DNA of 64,000 nucleotides from Candidatus Fermentibacterota bacterium (lineage in GTDB: Bacteria; Fermentibacterota; Fermentibacteria; Fermentibacterales; JCC-6). The notes below the pieces were generated by a model. The model saw only the letters and a program-made list of their open reading frames with translations. It was not told the DNA's origin and made no database searches. Location: contig CAWJQI010000005.1 in the NCBI GenBank assembly GCA_963845085.1, positions 160,001 to 224,000 of the forward strand. The letters run 5' to 3'. Below are positions 35,868 to 45,851 of this stretch, piece by piece. Numbering within the stretch: position 1 is the first letter of the stretch; each line of letters starts with the position of its first letter. The translations under genes and the position numbers were made by a program.

Positions 35868-38008
35868 GAACAAGGGAACATGTCGGGAGAATTGTGGAGT
35901 GGGGTGCTTCACTCAGAGCCACTCCGATGCAGCTGGGGGGGCTCTTCGCAGCCACGGTGATTCTGCGCAATCTTCTCGAGGCCGCAACGCTGGGAATCCT
36001 GTTCGAGGCCCCAGCCTTCTTCCTGCACTTCCCGGTGGCGTATGTGTTCCCGATGCTTGGCCTTTCCGCACTCATGCACATCTCGAGCGGCTATCCACTC
36101 TGGAAGCTCATGAAGATAATGGTCATGGCCTGGACGCTGACCCTCCTTCCCCCGGTGATAGACTTTCTGGCCGGCGTCACAGGCGACATCGGCTACTTCC
36201 CGCTTCGGAGCGACAATGCGGGATGGTTTCTGATCAACTTCTACAATCCGGCCGCCCTGCTGCCCGGAACGACCCCCGGAATAAGGATAGAGGCCTTCCT
36301 GGGATGTGTTCTCGCCGGGGTGTTCTCGTGGTGCGTCACCCCGGGAAGAAAGCGAGCCCTGCGGGGTGTGCTGACGACCCTGGTCTTCATGCCGATCTTC
36401 CTGGTGTTCTTCACATGGCCGTACCTGGTCCAGATAATCGCGGAACGTTTCTTCCCTGTTCAGGAGTCAGCCCAGAGGTTCATGCAGTGGCACTCCTTCA
36501 CCGAGCTTCCCCTCCATGGATCCGCACATTTCACCATTTTTACATTCGACATGCTGCCGGTAACCCTTCTGGCGGGATGGATGCTCGCAAAGCTTGCCCC
36601 ACTGCAATTTGCGTCATTGCGAAGGAACATGGCCGACCTGCTCCCGGGGATCCTGATCGCCGCTGTCGGAACCGTTGCAGCATTTTCAGGAGCGCCTTCC
36701 GGAGGCCTGACCTTTGCCGATGCGGTAAGCCTTGTCGGCGCACTGCTGGCAGTGACATGGCTGCTTGGATCGGTCCATCTTGAAGGCGCGTTCCGCACCA
36801 CGGCATTCGCAGTGTCGCTTCTGCTTGCATGGGCGTCGGGTTGGAATACTGTAGTGGCGATAGCACTGACAGCTGCGCTTCTAAATCTTCCGGGGGGGAA
36901 GCGGCTGTCACGGGCTGCCGCCGCTCCCGTGGTTCTGTTTGCAGCCCTCTCCCCTGCCGGCTTTCCCGCGCCTTCCCTGCCGCTGTTTCTGCTCGCCGCC
37001 GCCTCGTGCATCATGTGGCTGCTTCAGCGCAGCTGGAAGGCGACGGTGCCGATCGCTCTGGCAATGATGCTCCTCGGCCGTCTGCTGCCCCCCGAAGGCC
37101 TCGACAGCGGCAGGCTTCAGGGAATCGAACGGCAGGCCGACTCGTTCTTCCGAAGCGGCATGGTGGCCCACGGCAATGCGTCGGCGATGAGGGTGGCCGC
37201 GTCGGGTGGAGGCTTCAGAACGCTCGCCGAGGGGGCTCACCTGCTGGGCATGCAGAACAGGGCCGAATGGGCTTACGAGGTGGGCACCGCCCTGGGCGAC
37301 ACCTCGGTCGAGATGATGAAGGTCGGGGTCAACCTCGCTTCCACGATGGGGGACAGCCTTCTTCTCTGGACAAGGGCTCTCGCCTACATGGATGCCGCAG
37401 GCGAGCGGGGAGCCGATGCCGCTGAGCTGCTCCTCGGCTTCGCCGCCGCCAGGGGCGACACGGCATTCCTCGGGCGCGCCCACGCGGGCGGAGGCCTTTC
37501 CGAACACCTCCTTGTGCTCTACTCCAGAGCCCACATGACCCTTGGCGACACACTCCGGGCTGAATCATTCTCGCGGGCGGCGCTCTCCCATCCCTCGGCG
37601 GGGCAGGCCTCATGGGCGTACGCCATCGAACTTGCCGGAATGACAGGGGGAAACTCCGACTCGCTCTACCGCCGGAGCGTTGAGCGTTTCGGTTTTTCAC
37701 TCGATATCGCCCTTTCCAGGTTGAGGGTGGGGATCAGTGATGATGAAGGCGGGCAGGAGCTTGAGGCGCTGTTGAACCGTTGCCTGGTATTGAACCCTGA
37801 AAACCCCGCAGTCCTTGAAACGGCTGCAACATGGCATCTTGCGAAAGGCGAGCCACAGAAGGCCATGGAATTCGCCCTGAGGGCGCTCGCAACCCAGATG
37901 GTCCCTTCCCCGGGTGCCTTCACGCTTGCGATCCGGGCAGCTGAAGCCGCAGGCAGAAACGACATAGCCGCCTCATGCCGCAGGTACGCCGGAAGCCGTT
38001 ACAGGTGA
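35864..38008 (+). CDS. Polytopic membrane protein with C-terminal TPR-like helical region
   Basis: Many TM segments (LRNLLE, LPPVID, TPGIRIE), then Ala-rich helical repeats (LNPENPAVL...AMEFALRAL). ATGA-coupled. Confidence 0.7.
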   Translation: MRTREHVGRIVEWGASLRATPMQLGGLFAATVILRNLLEAATLGILFEAPAFFLHFPVAYVFPMLGLSALMHISSGYPLWKLMKIMVMAWTLTLLPPVIDFLAGVTGDIGYFPLRSDNAGWFLINFYNPAALLPGTTPGIRIEAFLGCVLAGVFSWCVTPGRKRALRGVLTTLVFMPIFLVFFTWPYLVQIIAERFFPVQESAQRFMQWHSFTELPLHGSAHFTIFTFDMLPVTLLAGWMLAKLAPLQFASLRRNMADLLPGILIAAVGTVAAFSGAPSGGLTFADAVSLVGALLAVTWLLGSVHLEGAFRTTAFAVSLLLAWASGWNTVVAIALTAALLNLPGGKRLSRAAAAPVVLFAALSPAGFPAPSLPLFLLAAASCIMWLLQRSWKATVPIALAMMLLGRLLPPEGLDSGRLQGIERQADSFFRSGMVAHGNASAMRVAASGGGFRTLAEGAHLLGMQNRAEWAYEVGTALGDTSVEMMKVGVNLASTMGDSLLLWTRALAYMDAAGERGADAAELLLGFAAARGDTAFLGRAHAGGGLSEHLLVLYSRAHMTLGDTLRAESFSRAALSHPSAGQASWAYAIELAGMTGGNSDSLYRRSVERFGFSLDIALSRLRVGISDDEGGQELEALLNRCLVLNPENPAVLETAATWHLAKGEPQKAMEFALRALATQMVPSPGAFTLAIRAAEAAGRNDIAASCRRYAGSRYR

Positions 38009-39480
38009 GGATCCGTTTCAGCGTCCTTTTGCTTCTGGCTTCCCTTTCGTTTGCCGCCCTTGCCTGGATAAGCGGACCGCCATCATTCGATGCCGTGGAT
38101 GGAGCGGAGTTCGCCGTAGCCGGCCGGCGGCTCGAGATAGCCCATTCACCGGGTTATCCTCTGTTCATCATCCTTCTCAGGGTGTTCTCCCTGCTCAGCG
38201 GCCCGCTCTACGGTCACATGCGGATCATCACCTGCCTCCTTGCGGGCGCCTGCCTTCCCGCAGCAGTCGCTGCGCTGAAAAGCCACGGTATCCCGCAGAC
38301 CGCTGCAATGGTCGCCTCCTGTATCCTCCTGCTCCTTCCACCAGTCCTCTCGCAGCTCAACGTGATCGAGATCCACGGAACGGCCATCCTGCTCGTACTT
38401 CTGGCCATATCCCAGAGAAACCGCAGGGCAGGACCCTTCCTGGCCTCACTGGCGGTCTTCGGAGGGCACCCGGTCTCGGTGCTCCTCTTTCCACTCGCCC
38501 TTTCCCGGCAATGGTTCTCCCGATGGGCAGCCCTCGCCGTCATCCCTGCGAGCCTTCTTCTCTACCTTCCACTCAGGGCCGGGGCATCGACCGTCATGCA
38601 CTACACGAAACCGGCGAGTCTCCCCCACGCGGCCGCGTACTACACGATGTACTCGGGAAGGCTTCAGGCACCTTCCACTGAAGGTGTCGCCAGGGTGGCG
38701 GCATCCGTCGGAATAGCAGGCGCCGGGGCGCTTCTGGTGCTCGCAGCCGCCGGCGGCAGACCGGCTCATGCCGCCGTGGCCTCGACTCTTCTCGGGCTGC
38801 TGTTCATTTCGACATACCGTGTGCCCGACCATGAAAGCTTCGCCTGGATAGCCCTGCTTCCCCTTTCACTGCCGGTCGCCGCAGGTGTGCAGCGTTTCCT
38901 TCGCGGAGGAGGGAGGGGCATACTCGCCCTTTCCTGCATCGCTCTCTCCTCTGGACTCCACGGGATCACCGGGGCCTGGCGGGCCTCCGACGACGCTGCT
39001 CCGAGATACACCCGCGACGTCCTCTCCTCACTGCCCGCCGGCGCAGTCCTCCACACGGAAGGCCACACAGCCTTCTACATCGCCTACATGCTCTTCAACG
39101 AGGGCTACAGGCCGGACATCATCCCATGCGACGAGGTTGGCAACTCGTTCTTCCTGAGGCTTTACGGTACACTTCCCGACAGCCTCGGCGGGCGCCCCGT
39201 CCTGTCCACCCGTGCCTGGGGAGATTCCACCCTTGCACTCTCCGGCCTGCTTTTCGCTCCGGAGCCTTTGCACCTGAACTGGAGCGATCTCGAGATCTAC
39301 GGATACGACGGGCGTTCGCCCGACGCAATGGCCGGGGATGTCGCCGCGGAAGCGTGGGCTCTCCGCATGGTGCAGTCCGCCGGTGCGGACAGGGCGACCG
39401 CCCTTGAAAAAGCGCTCGAGCATGCAGGAACCAGAGTCACCCGGGAGAGGGTATTGCAGCTCGCCCGCATGTATCCCTGA
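38005..39480 (+). CDS. DUF2723/TMEM260-like GT-C glycosyltransferase
   Basis: DGAEF...LEIAHSPGYPLF, YLPLRA, multi-TM, C-terminal LP.GAVL. GTGA overlap. Confidence 0.75.
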   Translation: MRIRFSVLLLLASLSFAALAWISGPPSFDAVDGAEFAVAGRRLEIAHSPGYPLFIILLRVFSLLSGPLYGHMRIITCLLAGACLPAAVAALKSHGIPQTAAMVASCILLLLPPVLSQLNVIEIHGTAILLVLLAISQRNRRAGPFLASLAVFGGHPVSVLLFPLALSRQWFSRWAALAVIPASLLLYLPLRAGASTVMHYTKPASLPHAAAYYTMYSGRLQAPSTEGVARVAASVGIAGAGALLVLAAAGGRPAHAAVASTLLGLLFISTYRVPDHESFAWIALLPLSLPVAAGVQRFLRGGGRGILALSCIALSSGLHGITGAWRASDDAAPRYTRDVLSSLPAGAVLHTEGHTAFYIAYMLFNEGYRPDIIPCDEVGNSFFLRLYGTLPDSLGGRPVLSTRAWGDSTLALSGLLFAPEPLHLNWSDLEIYGYDGRSPDAMAGDVAAEAWALRMVQSAGADRATALEKALEHAGTRVTRERVLQLARMYP

Positions 39481-39578
39481 TCCCGCCATTCCCCACCCGC
39501 TCCTCAAAACCTATATTTGGCCCGACACCGTTGCTGTATAAATGCGGATCAGTTGTCAGCGCGAGAAACGGAGAACCG

Positions 39579-41120
39579 ATGTCCATATTTTCATCGATCA
39601 AGGATTTCCTCGGCAGAGTTGCCGTGCTGGTCAAGGGCGGGGGGGACGAGGCCCTTGAAAAACAGAAGAAACAAGGCAAGCTTTCCGCGAGGGAACGGCT
39701 CGACGGAATCCTCGACAAGGGAAGCTTCTTCGAAACCGACCTGTTCGTTGAACACTCAGCCACCGATTTTGGAATGGACACCAAGAAACTCGCCGGCGAC
39801 GGCGTTGTTACAGGCTTCGGCAAGGTCGACGGCAGACCGGTTACCATCTTCGCCCAGGACTTCACGGTTGCCGGCGGCTCGCTGGGAAGGGCGCATGCCG
39901 GCAAGATCGTCAAGATCATGGATGCCTCGATGGATCGAAGGATCCCGCTCATCGGGATCAACGACTCCGGAGGCGCAAGAATCCAGGAAGGTGTTGATTC
40001 GCTTTGCGGTTACGGCGACATCTTCTACCGCAATACAAGGCTCAGCGGCGTTGTTCCCCAGCTTTCGCTGATACTCGGACCATGCGCCGGCGGGGCAGTT
40101 TACTCACCGGCCCTCACCGATTTCGTTTTCGTCGTCAACAAGGTGTCCAACATGTTCATCACGGGTCCGCAGGTCATCAAGGCTGTGCTGGGCGAGGAGA
40201 TCAGCCAGGAGGAGCTCGGGGGCGCGATGACCCAGGCTTCCATCACCGGCAATGCCCATTTCTACGCCGAGAGCGAGTACGAGGCATTCGATCAGATCCG
40301 TAAACTCATCTCCTTCATCCCGTCAAACTGTGAGGAAAAGGCCCCTGCAATGAAGCCTGTCGAACCCTCGAAACCCCTCAGAGAGGGTGTCATTCCCGAG
40401 GACAGGCGCAAGGCCTTCGATGTGACCGATGTTATCAGGGGAATTGTTGACGGGTCCGATTTCCTCGAGGTCCACAGGTACTACGCGGGAAACATCGTTG
40501 TGGGATTTGGAAGGCTGAACGGAAGGACCGTCGGCATCATCGCCAACCAGCCCAGGGTCCTGGCCGGGGTTCTGGATGTGAACGCCTCTGACAAGGCGGC
40601 CCGGTTCATCCGCTTCTGCGATTCCTTCGGCATACCCCTCCTCACCTTCGTCGACACGCCAGGGTACCTTCCCGGCATCGACCAGGAGCATTCCGGTGTG
40701 ATCAGACACGGAGCCAAGCTCCTCTACGCCTACAGCGAGGCCAGGGTTCCGAAGCTGACCGTGATCATGCGCAAGGCGTACGGAGGGGCCTACATTGCAA
40801 TGTGCAGCAGGCATCTCGGAGCGGATTGCGTCATTGCCTGGCCCACCGCCGAAATAGCCGTGATGGGTTCTGAAGGCGCAGCAAACATCATTTTCCGCAA
40901 GGAGATAATGGAGAGCCCCGATCCCGAGGCCACGAGGGCCGAGAAGGTGAAGGAATACGAGGCCAAGTTCGCAAACCCGTACGTTGCGGCATCCAGGGGT
41001 TATGTCGATGTGATCGCGCTTCCCTCTGAAACACGGAAGAGCCTCATCAGCGCGATGGAGTATGCGGGCGGCAGCGATCCCGGCAACTCATTCCGCCGTC
41101 ACGGCAACATTCCCCTGTAA
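39579..41120 (+). CDS. Acyl-CoA carboxylase/decarboxylase carboxyltransferase subunit (PccB/MmdA-like)
   Basis: GKLSARER, GDGVVTG, DSGGARIQEG, GPCAGGAVYSPA, RKAYGGAY, HGNIPL. Confidence 0.95.
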   Translation: MSIFSSIKDFLGRVAVLVKGGGDEALEKQKKQGKLSARERLDGILDKGSFFETDLFVEHSATDFGMDTKKLAGDGVVTGFGKVDGRPVTIFAQDFTVAGGSLGRAHAGKIVKIMDASMDRRIPLIGINDSGGARIQEGVDSLCGYGDIFYRNTRLSGVVPQLSLILGPCAGGAVYSPALTDFVFVVNKVSNMFITGPQVIKAVLGEEISQEELGGAMTQASITGNAHFYAESEYEAFDQIRKLISFIPSNCEEKAPAMKPVEPSKPLREGVIPEDRRKAFDVTDVIRGIVDGSDFLEVHRYYAGNIVVGFGRLNGRTVGIIANQPRVLAGVLDVNASDKAARFIRFCDSFGIPLLTFVDTPGYLPGIDQEHSGVIRHGAKLLYAYSEARVPKLTVIMRKAYGGAYIAMCSRHLGADCVIAWPTAEIAVMGSEGAANIIFRKEIMESPDPEATRAEKVKEYEAKFANPYVAASRGYVDVIALPSETRKSLISAMEYAGGSDPGNSFRRHGNIPL

Positions 41121-41132
41121 CGGAGGCGTCAC

Positions 41133-41438
41133 ATGGCCGGCAGGCTTGTAATCGACGACACCGCATACGAAACCGAGATCCCCGAAAACTCCCTGAAGAG
41201 GGGGCGTACATCGCCCGACCTTGAAACGGTCAAGGCCATCATTCCGGGCACCATCGTTGACGTCAGGGTAAAGGCCGGCGACAGGGTCAGGGCGGGAGAC
41301 ACCCTTCTGCTGCTTGATGCCATGAAGATGCACAACGAGGTCTGCTCACCCCTGAACGGTATCGTGAGGGAACTGGCCGTGACCCGGGGCGAAAGGGTCG
41401 AAAAGGGGCAGCTTCTTGTAAGGCTGATGAAGGACTGA
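41133..41438 (+). CDS. Biotin carboxyl carrier protein
   Basis: IPGTI..V.VK.GD, DAMKM biotinylation site, V.KGQLL. Confidence 0.9.
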   Translation: MAGRLVIDDTAYETEIPENSLKRGRTSPDLETVKAIIPGTIVDVRVKAGDRVRAGDTLLLLDAMKMHNEVCSPLNGIVRELAVTRGERVEKGQLLVRLMKD

Positions 41439-41444
41439 TACGCA

Positions 41445-41470
41445 GGGGGGGCGGCATGTGCCGCCCCCCT
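41445..41470. terminator. Hairpin between convergent genes
   Basis: GGGGGGCGGCA-tg-TGCCGCCCCCC inverted repeat. Confidence 0.65.
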
Positions 41471-41487
41471 CTCAGTCAACGGGCCGG

Positions 41488-42774
41488 TTACTCCTGGGCG
41501 CGGAGTTCCTCGGCCTTTTCCATTGCCTCGATCGCCTGCTGTCTGCGTCCAAGACGGCTGTAGGTCGATGCGAGGTAATCGTAGTACATCGCGTTGTCCG
41601 GATCGAACGAAATTGCCAGAAGCAAGGCTTCAAGGGAAGCCTCGTCGCGTTCGAGCCTGCTGTTGTTGACGAAAACCATGTAGTGCAGGTTGGCCATCTC
41701 ATCCTCGGAAAGGCCGGAGAGGGCCTGCGCCTGCCGAACAACTTCCAGGGACTCCTCATAGCGCTCGAGAAGCACATTTGCATGCGCGATGGTGGCGAGA
41801 ACGTCGTAGCTGTCGCCGATGAGGTCTCTGCTGGCCTGGAGCTGCGCAAGGGCTTCATCGCTGCGCTCCATCTCAAGCAGCGCGAAGCCGCGGGTCAACA
41901 TGAGCGCACCCCTCATCGAGGTTGATTCTTCGGGCGTGATCCATCCGTCGGCCTCGCCCTGAAGGATCGACTGCTCGGCGTTGTCGTACACCGCGAGCGC
42001 CTCGTCGTACTTGCCCTGAATCAGCAGTATCTCGGCCTTCGTTTCGAGAAGATCCGGGTTCATGGGATCGAGAAGGAGGCCGGCATCGAGAATAGTGCCG
42101 GCGCGCAGGGCGTGAGCTTCCTTCTCGGCCGGGTCTTCGGTGCTGAGGTAAAGGTTTTCAAGAATGCGCGCGGAGTTGTAGCTCGAAAGGACGGCGCCGG
42201 AAAGAACCCTGTAGTACTCGTTATCAAGGAACTCAAGCCTTGCAGGGTCGGTCTCAACGGCCTTCTGCGCCTCAAGATCGCTCAGGAGGGCGTTTCCGAG
42301 TGCGAACGACTCGTCGAAGCGGTCAAGGGCTTCCATGGTGTTGCCCTGATTCAGCGTGATGTCGCCGAGCATCTGAGGGAACTCGGGCCTGTCCGGTGCG
42401 ATGGAGGACCCGACGGAGAGTACCTCGACTGCTCCGGGGATGTCGCCGGCGCTGAAACGGCTGTTCGCGGTGTTGTAGAAGACCGACCAGAAATCGGCGA
42501 TGGCTGCCTGGCGTGTCGGGTCGAGCCTGTAGGCTTCACTGAACGCCTCGGCGGAATTTTCCCAGTCATGGATGAAGCTGTGGGCTCTTGCCTTCCAGTA
42601 CCAGATCTCGGCGTTTGCGGCTTCGGGGCCGGCGAGAACGCTGTCGGCCAACTCGATGGCACGTTCGTAATCACCGTTCTGAATGTGAACCTTGATACCT
42701 GTGATGGAAGGGGAAGAGCACCCGGTTATTAACAGTGAAGCAGCAATGGCTGTCACTATCAGACCCTTTACCAA
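41488..42774 (-). CDS. TPR-repeat lipoprotein
   Basis: LLITGC lipobox, repeated TPR helices (AYRLDP, LLLDPMN, ISFDPDN). GGAGG RBS, TTG start. Confidence 0.85.
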   Translation of the reverse strand: MVKGLIVTAIAASLLITGCSSPSITGIKVHIQNGDYERAIELADSVLAGPEAANAEIWYWKARAHSFIHDWENSAEAFSEAYRLDPTRQAAIADFWSVFYNTANSRFSAGDIPGAVEVLSVGSSIAPDRPEFPQMLGDITLNQGNTMEALDRFDESFALGNALLSDLEAQKAVETDPARLEFLDNEYYRVLSGAVLSSYNSARILENLYLSTEDPAEKEAHALRAGTILDAGLLLDPMNPDLLETKAEILLIQGKYDEALAVYDNAEQSILQGEADGWITPEESTSMRGALMLTRGFALLEMERSDEALAQLQASRDLIGDSYDVLATIAHANVLLERYEESLEVVRQAQALSGLSEDEMANLHYMVFVNNSRLERDEASLEALLLAISFDPDNAMYYDYLASTYSRLGRRQQAIEAMEKAEELRAQE

Positions 42775-42933
42775 TTCAATCCTCCGTTTCAGGAAAGTTC
42801 TGGATCGCTGTTGTGAACGGGTATTTTTGAAAAGACAACGTAATCTCGCCGATTCGGCTCATCAAGTCAACAGAGGGGGGCTTGACCGGAAGCACCTCCC
42901 GTTGCAGTATTCAACCTCCACGGAGGTTTATAT

Positions 42934-43383
42934 ATGGCTGTTTTTACCGGTACCGCCGCCTGGATCCTGTCCTCTCTCATCTATGCGTCCACCGGCACGG
43001 GGATGATCCCCATGCAGGACGCCAGTCCCGAGAGAAGGGCGACAGTGAGCGTGACGAACCAGTTCATCCTCTTCCAGGAAGGCGATCGTGAAGCCAATCT
43101 TGCACTTGTCTCGACCGGAAGGCCGCCGGCCTTTCTAACTCCGACCGGAGACTTCAGGGTGCTTTACCGTCTGCGCAACCCCATGTCGAGCACCTACCAT
43201 GTACGAATGCCGTACTGGCTCTGCATCGTGCCCAGCGGCGCCATCGGCCTTCATCAGGCCGGAAGCGGCGCTGAAGCCCGCCTGGGTGAACCGCTCTCTC
43301 ACGGATGCATCAGGCTGGGAAGATACACCGCCGAGTGGGCCTACACCTGGATGCCCATCGGGGCAGCGGTCAGCATTCACTGA
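42934..43383 (+). CDS. L,D-transpeptidase (YkuD) domain protein
   Basis: VSTG, TPTGDF, MPYW, IGLH, SHGCIRL. Confidence 0.9.
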   Translation: MAVFTGTAAWILSSLIYASTGTGMIPMQDASPERRATVSVTNQFILFQEGDREANLALVSTGRPPAFLTPTGDFRVLYRLRNPMSSTYHVRMPYWLCIVPSGAIGLHQAGSGAEARLGEPLSHGCIRLGRYTAEWAYTWMPIGAAVSIH

Positions 43384-44392
43384 GTTTTTCCGTCACCCCG
43401 CGCAGTTTCTGCGCGCAGGAATCAGCCATCACAAGCGTTGCCTCTTCGGTGCAGACCACCGAGACGTTGCTGAGCCCCATCACCACCGTGAGCCTTCCCG
43501 TAGAGTCGTACACCAGCACCTTGTCGGAGTCCACCAGCAGGGTCTCCCCCATGCATACACCCGCAGCCCGTGCGCCCGGCCAGTCGCCGATGTCGCTCCA
43601 ATCGAAGGATGCGGGGACCACAACAACATTGTCCGCCTTCTCCATAACGCCGACATCGATCGAGACCGCTGGAAGCCCGGCGAACGACACGCTGTCCGGG
43701 CGCGTGCTTCCATCGATGGCGTCAAGCCCCGTGTAAAGGGCCGGCATGTGCTTCCTTAAGGCTTCGATGATCCCGTCCACGCTCCAGGCGAACATCCCTG
43801 AGTTCCAAAGGTAACGGCCCGTCTCCAGATACCTTCCGGCTGTCGCGGCGTCGGGTTTTTCCCTGAAGGAGGCGACCCTGTAAACACCGGGCATCACTTC
43901 TGCACCCTTTTCCATGTAGCCGTACCCGGTTGCCGCATGAACCGGGCTGATGCCCATTGTTACGAGAAATCCGGCATCCGCGGCTCCGACGGCGAGCAGG
44001 GCAGTTTTTACGAATTCATCAAGCGGGTGGATCCGGTGATCGCTTGCCACGACGAGCATCGATCTCCGGCCATGCCCCCTCCGTGCAAGTATCGATGCCG
44101 CCCATCCAATGCAGGGGGCGGTGTTCCTTCCCTCCGGCTCAATGAGAAGATTGTCTTCCGGAAGCCACGGAAGCTGTTCCATGACCAGTCCGGCATGGTC
44201 CCTTCCGGTGGCCACCAGGATGTTCCCGCGGCCGCACACTGCGGAGAGCCTCTCGGCAGTGAGTTCGAGCATCGTGCCTCCGGGAAGAAGGTTCAGGAAC
44301 TGCTTGGGTTTCAGAGGGGTGGACAACGGCCAGAATCTGGTCCCCCTTCCTCCTGCCATGATCAGACCGAATGGTTTCGTCGTCCCGGTCAT
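43370..44392 (-). CDS. manC: Mannose-1-phosphate guanylyltransferase
   Basis: MAGGRGTRFWPLS, PKQFL, EPEGRNTAP, SDH, TGYGY, FREKP, WNSGMF, WSDIG. Confidence 0.93.
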   Translation of the reverse strand: MTGTTKPFGLIMAGGRGTRFWPLSTPLKPKQFLNLLPGGTMLELTAERLSAVCGRGNILVATGRDHAGLVMEQLPWLPEDNLLIEPEGRNTAPCIGWAASILARRGHGRRSMLVVASDHRIHPLDEFVKTALLAVGAADAGFLVTMGISPVHAATGYGYMEKGAEVMPGVYRVASFREKPDAATAGRYLETGRYLWNSGMFAWSVDGIIEALRKHMPALYTGLDAIDGSTRPDSVSFAGLPAVSIDVGVMEKADNVVVVPASFDWSDIGDWPGARAAGVCMGETLLVDSDKVLVYDSTGRLTVVMGLSNVSVVCTEEATLVMADSCAQKLRGVTEKLSEC

Positions 44393-45162
44393 CGCTTCAT
44401 CACCACCTTCCACGAACCCGGCGAGGCATGTACCCGGCCTCCGAGAGAATCAGCGAGGAGGCAGGAATCCTTGCCGGGCATGAACAGAATCTCCCAGGCG
44501 GAAAGTACAAGCGGTCCCCCGGCTTTCTCCAGAGTGTATTCGCCGCCGTCTATCAGTCCGTTCGGGGGAAGAACGGGCTTTCCGCTTCTGCCCCAGTCGA
44601 TTGCATCAAGGGCCTGCCGAACATGGAGGGCCCTTGGTCTGCCCGCAGGATCCGTCCTGTCCCAGTCCCAGAGCCGATATGTCACATCGCAGTTGAGCTG
44701 GACCTCGAGAACGCTCATCCCGGCACCGAGCGAATGCACCGTTCCGGCAGGCAGGTGCATTGTCATTCCAGGCGCGGCTTCGAAGGATGTGAGCACGTTC
44801 AGTGCGCTTCCGTCTGAAAGCGCTTTCATGAGCTTCCCACCATCCATCCCCGGGGTGATCCCGGCAAGGATGCGGCCATGCCCGGACAGCACGACCCATG
44901 TTTCATCCTTCCTCGGGTAACCTCCCCCGCAACCGGGGTGGACCTGTACGGACAGATCCTGAGAGGTGTGCAGGGTTTTAATGAGCAGGGGAAAACGGCT
45001 GTTCTGCCAGATCTCGGCAAGCTCGATCCTCTCGCCCCCGTTGATCGGTTCAAGGCTCGTGGAGCCTTCAGGGTCGTCGAACAGCCACCAGACCTCTCCG
45101 ATACCGCCCGGAAGAGAGCCCCAGACCCTCTCGACCATTCTGGGCATGCACCTGTAGATCAT
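44389..45162 (-). CDS. manA: Mannose-6-phosphate isomerase, type I
   Basis: VWG, GEVW, FPLLIK, LSVQVHP, K.E.W, PAGTVH, EVQ...DVTYRLWDW.R, R.LH. Confidence 0.9.
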   Translation of the reverse strand: MIYRCMPRMVERVWGSLPGGIGEVWWLFDDPEGSTSLEPINGGERIELAEIWQNSRFPLLIKTLHTSQDLSVQVHPGCGGGYPRKDETWVVLSGHGRILAGITPGMDGGKLMKALSDGSALNVLTSFEAAPGMTMHLPAGTVHSLGAGMSVLEVQLNCDVTYRLWDWDRTDPAGRPRALHVRQALDAIDWGRSGKPVLPPNGLIDGGEYTLEKAGGPLVLSAWEILFMPGKDSCLLADSLGGRVHASPGSWKVVMKR

Positions 45163-45851
45163 GACATCTCCCTTGCGGTCCTTGCGAATTCGGCTGCGAT
45201 GACCGGGCCGGTGGCATCCCTCTCCGGGTGCCACTGAACGGCTGTCACCAGGCCGTCATCGGACTCCATCGCCTCAATGATCCCGTCCGGGCTTCTCCCG
45301 GCTTCAATGAATCCTGCCGGAACACTTTCCACGGCCTGATGATGGGAACTCCAGACGCTTGCACGGGCCCCGAGCAGCCTGGAGAGACCGGAACCCTCCC
45401 TCAGGTGCACAGCGTGCAGCCCGGCGCCGTGATCGAGAGCTCCGGGGACGGAAGAGGGGATGTCCTGGATCAGTGCCCCTCCCTCGGAGATCGCCGCCAG
45501 CTGCATGCCAAGACATATGGCCAGCACAGGTATGCCCGCGGCCCTGGCCTCCCGGTACAGGCAGAGATCCCACATTGGGCGGTCGGTTTCGGGATTCCTG
45601 CTTCCCCGGTCGGCTCTGCCGTACATAACCGGAGCGGGGTCTCCGCCACCAGTCAGTACGAGTCCGTCGAGCTCCCTGATCCTCTCGGAGGGTGTGCAGG
45701 CGCCGCCCGGCAGGAGACCGAGCGGAACAACGCCAAGCCCCTCGAAGAGCTTCATGTAACACTGGTTGAGAGAAAACTTCCAGGGGCCGTAGATCTCCGC
45801 CCGATCATCGGGGTTCGCATCCCAGTAGAGAGTCAGGCCGATCCGGAGCAT
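45159..45851 (-). CDS. Class I glutamine amidotransferase, peptidase C26 (PuuD-like)
   Basis: DGLVLTGGGD, LAICLGMQ, SHHQAV, DGIIEAME, VQWHPE. Confidence 0.9.
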   Translation of the reverse strand: MLRIGLTLYWDANPDDRAEIYGPWKFSLNQCYMKLFEGLGVVPLGLLPGGACTPSERIRELDGLVLTGGGDPAPVMYGRADRGSRNPETDRPMWDLCLYREARAAGIPVLAICLGMQLAAISEGGALIQDIPSSVPGALDHGAGLHAVHLREGSGLSRLLGARASVWSSHHQAVESVPAGFIEAGRSPDGIIEAMESDDGLVTAVQWHPERDATGPVIAAEFARTAREMS

